This document shows positions 53,376 through 64,000 of a stretch of 64,000 nt of DNA, piece after piece; the stretch's first letter is position 1; the number at the start of each line of letters is the position of its first letter. The notes under the pieces were generated by a model. That model ran no database searches. It had not been told where the DNA came from and saw nothing but the letters and a program-made list of their open reading frames with translations. Location of the stretch: assembly GCF_964194025.1 (NCBI RefSeq), contig NC_134472.1:28210001-28274000 (forward strand), in the 5' to 3' direction. This DNA comes from Convolutriloba macropyga (lineage: Eukaryota). A program made the translations under genes and the position numbers.

Positions 53376-54536
53376 ATGCGTTTATTTCGGCTTCTACATA
53401 TGATAACTGTCTACTTATGGGAATATTCAGGGCCTGTCGTGATGCCAATAGCCCTGATGGGCATTATTGTTTTACTATTCAAATGGTACGAACGCAAATA
53501 CTTATCCAGTAGAAGTAATCAAATCAGTGATGAAGTTATCCAGTTTTGCAATATTGAACAGTTCAAACGGCAGCGTGCCTTTGAAGCTTTACAGGAAGAT
53601 AAAGAAGATGAAATTTTTTCTGAGGCAGATGCGCATTTGAAATCCAAGTCCATACAAAAAGAGACCGAACAATTCGCTACTGCTTCAAAAGTCAAATCAA
53701 GTCAAAGTTACGCAAATGGCGGCGAGTGCTATGAAAATTCGGATAAGCATGTTATCTATTCCAAAGCAAAATTTGGTTCAGTCTCGACTAGTGTTGAGGA
53801 AATATCAAACAGTAGTAAAGAAAGCGTAGTGTTAAATAATATACCAGCCAAGCTATGCAATGTCGATGCAGTTGGAAAAAGCGAGCACAACTGGCATGAC
53901 ATAAAAAGCGAACACTGTATCCCTGTATTAGAAAGCAGCTCAAATGTTACCACTAACTTAGATGACTGCGAGGATAGTAATAGCGTTGATATTAAAAATT
54001 CAGAGGTGGTCTGCTGTCTGGATACCAAAGTCGGCAATGGAGACGAAATCATTGGCCTCAATAACAACATTTCTGAGGACATAATGGATCTTGCCCAGAT
54101 CAAGGAAAAAGCCAGAAATTTTGCCGACGATGATTTTAAATTGGGCGTACTTACCGAGAAGCTGGAAATTAAAAGCGATGAGAAAATTTCTCAGATATCA
54201 GAGGAAAGTGAAAAGGAAGACGAAGACCGCGATTACGACAGTGATTGTTCATCAGATGCGTGTAGTGATGACGACGATGAAATCATATCATACGATTTAG
54301 AGGCAGCTGCTAATGAGGATGATGACGAAAATAATAGCGCAGATGAAAAAGCTGTGTCATATACCATCAACTTATCTTCTAACATCAAAGACGACTCGAT
54401 AGGTTAGTTATCAATTGTCTTCTTTTTTTTTTACTTTTGACAATTCGACTTTTAAGGGCTAGAAATTGAGGTACATCATTATTATGACGCTGAAGCTAAA
54501 CCTACCGGGAAGGAAGGAAAATTTGTGACTAAGTAA
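53376..54536 (+). CDS. Probable host gene: single-pass membrane protein with long acidic low-complexity tail (exons 53376-54402 and 54457-54536)
   Basis: Uninterrupted 357-codon ORF in stop-rich DNA; hydrophobic GPVVMPIALMGIIVLLF followed by basic KWYERK; GTTAGT donor at 54403, polypyrimidine tract and AG at 54455-56, in-frame second exon GLEIEVHHYYDAEAKPTGKEGKFVTK*. Confidence 0.7.
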
Positions 54537-56499
54537 ACTAAATTTGCCTCCTGCTTGATTTTTTTTAAAAGAAAACAAAATGACGTTACCGAATTAACGG
54601 GCTATGTCTTGCTTTTTTTTCGGGGTCTTTGTTGTTGCGTTGTGTAACTTTATATTTTAGTCCTTTACTGAACAAGAAACTATTTTACCAGGACTCTTGA
54701 GAAAAATTCCAGCTTTTTATCTTGAAGAGATATTTTGAAGGAAAATGTTACCAGATTATTTTTTCTTCGTTTCTATTTTAGTTTTCTGGGAATTTTTTGA
54801 TCCTTTATATATATTCTTACATGTTAAATGCTAATCGAAAGGAAGTGGTGGATCTTAAGTGGAAAGGAAGAAGTGAAACTTAATCTGTTGAGAATAGTTT
54901 TCGAAAAGCTATTAGATTACAGATTCCCCTTTTTCGTTATTTTGTTCTTTTCCTCTGGGTTTTCTCACTTTTTTGATGAACTGAAAAGGTTTTATAGTCT
55001 CTTAATCATTATTGATGAAACTTGAAACTGTCCGGTCTCTTCTCTATGAAACCTAATAGTATAACTAACTCCGTAATTGAAACAGTTCCGTAATTAAAAC
55101 TGTGCCGTTTTTTGCTAACTTTACTCGTTGATTATCAAAAACGCAGCATTTAATTTTGATTTTTCAACTAACAAAATATCTATATCTATAACAATCGACA
55201 GAAAGTGTTCTTAGTGGACGAACAGCATTGGCAGAGCTAGTTTTGGACCAATCTTGAACTGTTACAATCCAAAAATTTTTCATATTGTAATCAGTCGATC
55301 TTTTTTATAAAAAAAAATTAGATCTTTTTTATTTATTAGGTAAATAACAGAACATTTCAAATCAAAGCTCACTAGTGATAGGTCTAATTTGTTTCCTAAT
55401 TAGCTGCAAATGATTGTATCTAGTTTATTACTTGAAAGCCTATAGTCGTTTTGACTTTTAAAAATATTTGATTTTTAAATAAATAATAGCTTATTGAACT
55501 TTGCCTCCATTTTTCTACTAATTTGGTCAACTTGTAGCTTAGTGTCAGCAATGCAAGAATGCTTCTTCTTTCTACTGAATTCCAATCTTATTGCGGTTTT
55601 ACACCTTAAGTTATGGTTTTCTGGCTTTGATACTACTAGATTTCTTATTTTTTGTTTTTAGGTATTTGACCATTTTTCACGTTTTCTAGTTTTGTCACAT
55701 TATCACGTTATTGACAGTTCATATATCACATTATTGGCGTTTGAGATAAGGCACAACTGATAATATTAAAATCTTGAAGGATATGGAACGGTTTTTAACG
55801 TCTTGGATAATAGTTTCTCCAAGAATTAAATTGAATTCTTAAATTTTTTCTTCAAATGTTGTTTTTACTTTGTGTTTTTAGTCGTATAAAATTTTCTGTA
55901 CAATGATTCGGTTTCATTGGTTTTTCATGGAAGAATAGATGGGCCGATTTTTTAATATAAGTAGATAGCTGATGGATTTCATGACTTTGAAAACAATTGT
56001 TTTCCAAATTGAAAAAAAACTTAGCTTCGCAATTTTGTTCCTTGTATTGTCTATTTGTTACCTGGTCTGGTTAATTACAAGCCAAATATGAGAATATTGT
56101 TGTCAAGTGATTGGTGTCACAAAATCTAGTGTTTTTAAAGAGTTAGTTATGACTATTGGCTTCGACACGGGTTTTTCACAAAAAAAAGTAAATTAATTTT
56201 TGATTGTCATATTTTACGTTCTCTTTGTAGACGTGATATATTCTGGATAATTGCAGGTCACAAGGGCTTCCTTTGGAAGAATAAATGAAATTGTCTAATT
56301 TTTTCATTTTGTAATTAATGGCTTTCTTCATGTCTTTCTTAAAATTAAGTATTACTTAATTTCGCCTTTCTTTTTGTCTGCTTGTTTTCTGGTTTAATTA
56401 ATGAGAGGTCACATAATGAATTATTGGTGTTCAAAGAAGGTGCAATTGAACATATTTTGAGGGCCAAAGTTTGGCTTTATGGCTTCAATAGCGTTTTCG

Positions 56500-57800
56500 G
56501 GCCAAATTTAAACGATTTTTTGTTGTCTATTTGTTGTTCTTTTTGTAACTGCATAAAAATTGAATACCGACAGTTTTTAATTCTCATTTTAGAAACTCTG
56601 GTAACTGTAAACCTATGGGATATCTTAGTTGATATTCATTGGTTTTCATTACTTTGAAATTAATTGTTCTCTAATAAATAAGCAATTTTTTCAAATTTAA
56701 TTTTTGTTCTCTATTGTTACCTAGCCTTATTATGGACTGCTCCCATATCTTTCCTGGAGAATTTGATATAGTTTGATATAGTTTCAGTTTTATCTGATGC
56801 TATTTTGACTTTGTTATTAAGTTTTGTTCTTTAAAACGGACATAAATTTTTTGTTGTAACTGTTTGTTGTTGTTTGATTTTGCTGTCCGTGTTGACTCGC
56901 TATCTTAATATTGGCATATCTCATCAATCTAATGCGTCTTTTTTTTTTACTCCACTGAGTTATATGTTTTGATGGCTATTTTTTCGTTCATATAACGTTT
57001 TTTTCAAATATAATTTTTGAAATTTATTTTAAATAGTCACCTTGAATTTTTGGCTATTAATTGTTGACGAAACTATCATTGCTTTTAACTGTGTGCTAAT
57101 TGGCGACAGCCGGGCAAAGATATCAATTCAAAATGACAATATTTTCTTAATTGAATTAAAACCAGGAGGCTTGGTAATGGGCATTCGCACATAATGTTCC
57201 AACCACGCTCAACCAAGTTTTCGACTTAATTGTTCACCAAATGAGGAAAAGATGGAAAACTTAAAAAATTATTTGTTTTTTTTTTTTTGGGGGGGGGGGG
57301 GGATGGCTATCGGTTATCTGACCACTAAGCCTGGGGGGCTATAATGGGAGACCCTAACCACTATAAAAATGGCCAAATGATACTTGCCAATAAGGAAAGT
57401 AGGAGACAAGAAAAACAACAAAATCAAATAAAAACAACTAACATTACTGGCCAATAAAACTTAATGTCTATCTATTTTTTCTCAAAAAAAAACTTAATGA
57501 AAAAGTCAAAATTGCATCAGTTAAAAAGTAGGCTCAACCAGATGAATTGCATTACCAGAAAAGATATGGTTGCTGTCTTTTTTGAGAATAATTAACAAGT
57601 AGTCAGAAAACAAGCAGGGCAAAATTAGAAAATACGTTTACACTTTTTGAAAACAATTGAATTCAAAGTCGTGAAAGCAATTAGTATCAACTGAAATCAT
57701 TCTTTGGTTTCGTTAATATTTTCGTACAAATCCAATGAGAATGGTCATTTTGCAGAATATACTGTTACGAAAAAAGCAAATACAGGCAAAAATCAAAGTC
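56500..57800. mobile_element. Degenerate long inverted repeat (foldback/MITE-like)
   Basis: Left arm CTGATGCTATTTTGACTTTGTTATTAAG vs reverse complement of right arm CTGATGCAATTTTGACTTTTTCATTAAG, plus several other collinear inverted blocks. Confidence 0.6.
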
Positions 57801-58388
57801 AATTCAGTTTTTTGAGGATAAGGTGTGAAAGCCTATAAGATCAAAATCTCTTGTTGTAAAATTTTTGAATATAATCAATTCTGCAGCTTTATTTCAGCAA
57901 TTGAATTCAAAGTCGTGAAAGCAATTAGTATCAACTGAAATCATTCTTAGGTTTCGTTAATATTTTCGTACAAAACCAATGAGAATGGTCATTTTGCAGA
58001 ATATACTATTACGAAAAAAGCAAATACAGGCAAAAATCAAAGTCAATTCAGTTTTTTGAGGAAAAGGTGGCAAAGCCTATAAGATCAAAATATATTGTTG
58101 TAAAATTATTGAATATAAACAATTCTGCAGCTTTATTTCAGCAATTGAATTCAAAGTCGTGAAAGCAATTAGTATCAACTGAAATCATTCTTTGGCTTCG
58201 TTAATATTTTCGTACAAAACCAATGAGAATTGTCATTTTGCAGAATATACTTTTACGAAAAAAGCAAATACAGGCAAAAATCAAAGTCAATTCAGTTTTT
58301 TGAGGAAAAGGAATCAAAGCCTATAAGATCAAAATCTATTGCTGTAAAATTATTGAATATAATCAATTCTGCAGCTTCATTTCAGCAG
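57654..58388 (+). repeat. 244-bp tandem repeat x3 (x2 at 60305-60761)
   Basis: CAATTGAATTCAAAGTCGTGAAAGC starts at 57654, 57898 and 58142. Confidence 0.95.
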
Positions 58389-59514
58389 GCTTACTTCAGC
58401 AATCTCAATGTGATATGCGATTTGTCATTAATGTTCCTTTAATGTGATGATGGGACAAGACAGCAAACGAGAACCTAACAAATTGCAAAGTGTCAAAAAT
58501 TATGGAAAATTGTAGTATCAACGATGAAAAACATTATTTAAATAGAAAACAGCAATAAAGTGTGCATTATATCTCGCTTGCAAAGGAATGCAAACTCACT
58601 CTTAGCTTAGAATACGCTGAAAAGTTCCAGAAATAAGATTGAAATTGCTAATTCTTCAAATGCCTATTTTTAAAGGCGTAAGGAATAACAGCCTTAAGCT
58701 TTCACTTTAAAAATGGCAAATAGTTCATTTCGTTGTTTAGGAAACCAATGCACGTGTCATTAGCGAGACTAAGTCTGAGGACTACACATTAATTTCGAAT
58801 ACCGTCAGAAATCAAAATTTCACGATCAATTTTATGCGCATGGTGTTGTAGCCAAAAAACCGTATGCTTCGCGCTGATTTTCATGTATTTTCATTGGCCT
58901 CGTTTTGCACGTAATTTTGGGTTGTGAATAATTGAGGTTTAACCTGAAATCATTTTGGTCTGTAACTAACATAAAAAAGCAAAATCATTTCAAAAGTATA
59001 CAGGGCCCCATTACTATTCGACTAATTTTTGAATTATAAAATTTTACAACTGGACCAAGACTGTTCCTACTCTTACTGCTTCTCCATTGCAACCAAATTG
59101 GTTCCAATTTTTTTTGAACTAGAGAACGTGACCAAAACGTCATATCAAAAAATAAATGATGAATTTTGGATACTTGTTGAGTAATAGAACCAAGAAACCA
59201 TTGTGCCAACTGAATGCATCGGATAGTTTCCTTCATAGCTCCTTCGATACCAAGTTAGGCATTGATTAATTAGACTCAGTCATAAGACTACAAAAAACAT
59301 TAAATGCTGGCAAAACTGAAGAATTAAGCAAAATTTTATGAAAACAATTTGTCGGACCCTTAAAAACCACGCGCTTTACTCATAAAACACTATTGTTTCG
59401 CTGGACATTATTGGACTCTTATCAATGGAATATTTGAATCAGAAAAAACTGACTTCTAATTGGGATGAAAAAATGCAAAAAAAAATGTTTTAAAATTGAC
59501 AGACGTGAGTTAGT

Positions 59515-61894
59515 TTGAAAACAATTGTTTTCCAAATTGAAAAAAAACTTTAGCTTCACAATTTTATTCCTTTTATTGTCTATTTGTTACCTGGTCTGGT
59601 TAATTACAAGCCAAATATGAGAATATTGTTGTCAAGTGATTGGTGTCACAAAATCTAGTGTTTTTAAAGAGTTAGTTATGACTATTGGCTTCGACACGGG
59701 TTTTTCACAAAAAAAAAGTAAATTAATTTTTGATTGTCATATTTTACGTTCTCTTTGTAGACGTGATATATTCTGGATAATTGCAGGTCACAAGGGCTTC
59801 CTTTGGAAGAATAAATGAAATTGTCTAATTTTTTCATTTTGTAATTAATGGCTTTCTTCATGTCTTTCTTAAAATTAAGTATTACTTAATTTCGCCTTTC
59901 TTTTTGTCTGCTTGTTTTCTGGTTTAATTAATGAGAGGTCACATAATGAATTATTGGTGTTCAAAGAAGGTGCAATTGAACATATTTTGAGGGCCAAAGT
60001 TTGGCTTTATGGCTTCAATAGCGTTTTCGGGCAAAATTTAAACGATTTTTTGTTGTCTATTTGTTGTTCTTTTTGTAACTGCATAAAAATTGAATACCGA
60101 CAGTTTTTAATTCTCATTTTTAGAAACTCTGGTAACTGTAAACCTATGGGATATCTTAGTTGATATTCATTGGTTTTCATTACTTTGAAATTAATTGTTC
60201 TCTAATAAATAAGCATTTTTTTCAAATTTAATTTGTTCTCTATTGTTACCAAGCCTTATTATGGACTGCTCCCATATCTTGCCTGGAGAAATACATGTTG
60301 TTTGGTATCAACTGAAATGATTCTTTGGTTTCGTTAATTTTTTCGTACAAATCCAATGAGAATGGTCATTTTGCAGAATATACTATTACGAAAAAAGCAA
60401 ACAGGCAAAAATCAAAGTCAATTCAGTTTTTAGGAAAAGGTGTCAAAGCCTATAAGATCAAAACCTATTGTTGTAAAATTATTGAATATTATCAATTCTG
60501 CAGCTTTATTTCAGCAATTGAATTCAAAGTCGTGAAAGCAGTTAGTATCAACTGAAATCATTCTTTGGCTTCGTTAATATTTTCGTACAAAACCAATGAG
60601 AGTTGTCATTTTGCCGAATATACTATTACGAAAAATGCAAAAACAGGCAAAAATCAAAGTCAATTCAGTTTTTTGAGGAAAAGGTGTCAAAGCCTATAAG
60701 ATCAATATCTTTTGTTGTAAAATTATTGAATATAATCAATTCTGCAGCTTCATTTCAGCAAGCTTACTTCAGCAATCTCAATGTGATTTGCGATTTGTCA
60801 TTAATGTTCCTTTAATGTGATGATGGGACAAGACAGCAAACGAGATCCTAACAAATTGCAAAGTGTCAAAAAATATGGAAATCTGCAGTATCAACGATAA
60901 AACATTATTTAATTAGAAAACAGCAATAAAGTGTGCATTATGTCTCACTTGCAAAGGAATGCAAACTCTCTCTTAGCTTAGACTACGCTGAAAAGTTGCA
61001 GAAATAAGATTGAAATTGCCAATTCTTCAAATGCCTTTTTTTTTTTAAAAAAAAAAGCGTATGGAATAACAGCCTTAAGCTTTCAACTTAAAAATGGCAA
61101 ATAGCTCATTTCATTGTTTAGGAAACCAATGCACGTGTCATTAGTGAGACTAAGTCAGAAGACTACACATTAATTTCGAATACCGTCGGAAATCAAAATT
61201 TCACGATCAATTTTATGCGCATGGTGTTGTAGCCAAAAAACCGTATGCTTCGCGCTGATTTTCATTTATGTTCATTGGCCTCGTTTTATGTTCATTGGCA
61301 CGTAAATTTGAGTTGTCAATAATTGAGGTTTAACCTGAAATCATTTTGGTCTGTAACTAACATAAAAAAGCAAAATCATTTCAAAAGTATACAGGGCCCC
61401 ATTACTATTCGATTAATTTTTGAACTATAAAATTTTACAACTAGACCAAGACTGTTCCTGCTCTTGCTTCTTCTCCATTGCAACAAAATTGTCCCAAATT
61501 TTTTTGAACTAGAGAATTTGACCAAAACGTCATATTAAAAATTAAATGATGAATTTTGGATACTTGTTGAGTAATATGACCAAGAAACCATTGTGCCAAC
61601 TGAATGCATCGGATACTTTCCTTCATAGCTCCTTCGATACCAAGTTAGGCATTGATTAATTAGACTCAGTCGTAAGACTACAAAAAACATTAAATGCTGG
61701 CAAAACTGAAGAATTAAGCAAAATGTTATGAAAACAATTTGTCGGATCCTCAAAAAACCACGCGCTTTACTCATAAAACACCATTGTTTCGCTGGACATT
61801 ATTGGACTGTTATCAATGGAATCTTTGAATCAGAAAAAACTTACTTCTAATTGGGATGAAAAAATGCAAAAAAAAATATTTTAAAATTGACAGA
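59515..61894 (+). repeat. Tandem segmental duplication, copy 2 (lacks ~56765-57680 and one 244-bp unit)
   Basis: Direct alignment by eye. Confidence 0.9.
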
Positions 61895-63662
61895 CCCGAA
61901 ATACAATCAGAATCCTTTTCATTGCAAAAATCAACGATGGGACCAAAACTGTCCTTGCTATCGCTGCAACACTGTTAATAATCTTATTTGTTCTAAGAAA
62001 TTGCGTAATAGCTTTTTACAAATGAAAATCTTAATATATCAAAAATAAACTGATCATTTTAAAAAAATAAATAGTGTTAATTAGAGAAAGACCGCAAAAA
62101 TAATATTTCCAGATACATTTCTTAGGAACAGGAGGTAAAATTAGCCCACATCTGAATAAAGGAAAATTGTGTCAGAAGTTTTGATGTCTGCACCAACGGT
62201 CAGATTGGACAACGTGTAACAAAAGGGCATAACTGATGCCATTTTTGTATCAAAAAGGTAAAAATGCTGACTTTTCAAACATTTAGCTGAAAAATTTGCC
62301 GAAATACTTGGTTCAAACTATTCATCAACTCTTTTCTATCTAAACGTAAAACCAATGAGGCTGTTGTTAACAAGTTTATCATATTTTAGCAAAAATTGAT
62401 CAAAATTTAAGCACAAATTACGAAAAATGTGAACAACTCATCGGAGGTTAGGCTGACGTTCACATTTCTTTAAACCTCCCTAATTCCTCAGAAAAATTGA
62501 ACTTCAATTTTTTTCAATTTGAATTTCTACGCTGGATAAGTTTTCTAATGATATCTGATTAAATTGATCGGCGAAAATTGACTTAATAAAAAAAAACAGT
62601 TGACTTAACAAACAAAAAACTTAAGTGTGTCGGAGCAATAATATAGGCCGTTGCTAATAGCTCCAATTAAAGCTAACTTTTCTGCGTTTGTTGTGTCTGT
62701 CGTCTAAAGCACCCGTCTTTAACATTAATGCCCATCGTTGTGTAGCTTAATTTCTGCACTGCCCTTTTCCACTATAGAGTTGTCCATGTTTCACTTGTGC
62801 AATTTTCATAACAGATAACGACAATTTAGCAAATTTATTACATGCGACTTTGCTGTTTTTCTGCTGTTCTCATTTATAAAAATTGTTTTGGGTCATGCTT
62901 CCCGATATTTCTCTGGGTCAATTTTTTGTCATTAGCGTGAAAATGGTTTAATGTCAATTTGATTCTCTAACTTTCAAATTTACTCTCGCTTGACTTAATT
63001 AGTGGTCTAAAGACTGATAAATCAGGATGTGATTAAGATGCATTGGATGATTAACTCTTGATAACCCTTATGCCTAAAAGCGTATTTGCTTTTGAAAGTT
63101 GCTGAAACTTTCTAAAACGACTCCCCGTAAATATGAAGTTTTCCGAATGCAGATCTAATGAGCTATTGCAGCTTTTTCTTTTACTCTGCCATCTCAGATT
63201 TTGTTTTCACTTAATCTCCTTACTGTTTCAAATTTTTGTGTTTTAAATCATAGCCGCGTCGCGACATCTAGAGCTAACATTGGAGTCCCCTTAGAGCCAT
63301 GTAGTTAGGTTGTATTTGTACCCTGTTTTTCATATGATCTGTAAGAGTGATATGAATTGGACAGAAACGCACTAAACTGGTCAAGTCCCAGGGCATAAAT
63401 TGGCCGTAGTTTTTTGAAATTGATGCTGCCGGTCTAGAAGTTTGCACGGTGACCGAAGCCAGTAAAGAGGAGAGAGAGCCAAATGATGATTTCCTTCCTA
63501 CGGTTTACCTTTTTTTAAAATCAACTGTTTCTTAATTTTGTTTCTCAACTTGTGCGTCGATTTTGCGATCTATAGCTTTTGAGTTTAATTTCTTATACAC
63601 CACCTTTTGAAAAATCAGTAGTGACTATTTCAGTTCGGTCTTTTCTCTTTGTTTGTTTCATA

Positions 63663-63708
63663 CCGATACAAAATATTTCTAAAAGCCGATACAAAATATT
63701 TCTAAAAG
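63663..63708 (+). repeat. 23-bp direct tandem duplication
   Basis: CCGATACAAAATATTTCTAAAAG x2. Confidence 0.9.
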
Positions 63709-64000
63709 TTGTGTTTTGGTATGTTTATATTCTGCCTAGTATTGTCAATGACATGAAGTTTTGAATGTAAACAAATAAAACTTATCAATCTTCTTGAACG
63801 AATATGTTTTTTCGAGGGTTTGTGATTTCCTCGTCATTATCGATTACGTAACGCTCGTTGATGGGCAAAGTGTTTTTCCACAAAACAGAAAAACGTCACC
63901 CTGTTGCTGAGTTTCAAGTCTGAAATGAAAGCATATAGGGGCTTGGTTTGAATTTAAATTTTAACACTGGAAAATTTGAGATGGAATCGGAACAGTTAAC

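Larger units (their letters stand above)
55987..59504 (+). repeat. Tandem segmental duplication, copy 1
   Basis: ORF pairs 56382/59912, 58230/60603 and 58985/61441. Confidence 0.9.

Noticed and set aside
57276-57302. Poly-T/poly-G run as a G-quadruplex or regulatory element
   Set aside because: A simple homopolymer with no supporting context.
62000-64000. Possible exons or transposon ends
   Set aside because: No ORF, TIR or motif could be supported by eye.

Overview
AT-rich eukaryotic (invertebrate-like) genomic DNA made mostly of decayed, nested retroelements and recent tandem duplications. Recognisable parts: a Ty3/gypsy gag remnant (1-463); several CR1/L2-group LINEs, including one near-intact minus-strand copy (43.1-47.2 kb) nested in an older plus-strand copy that has a stand-alone SGNH-esterase ORF upstream of its PHD ORF1; CRE-clade (RLE endonuclease) fragments; an I/Jockey-group LINE nested in a CRE copy; and four copies of a Penelope-like element (RT + C-terminal GIY-YIG + degenerate hammerhead). 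The most unusual signal is that this Penelope RT has a PHD zinc finger inserted inside the RT core, between motif B' and the YxDD motif. Host-type sequence is limited to one probable gene (53.4-54.5 kb, single-pass acidic protein), a pseudogenised SLC5-like 3' end (7.1-7.5 kb) and possibly decayed caspase-like paralogs (low confidence). All family calls come from manual translation and motif recognition, not database searches, and boundaries are approximate.
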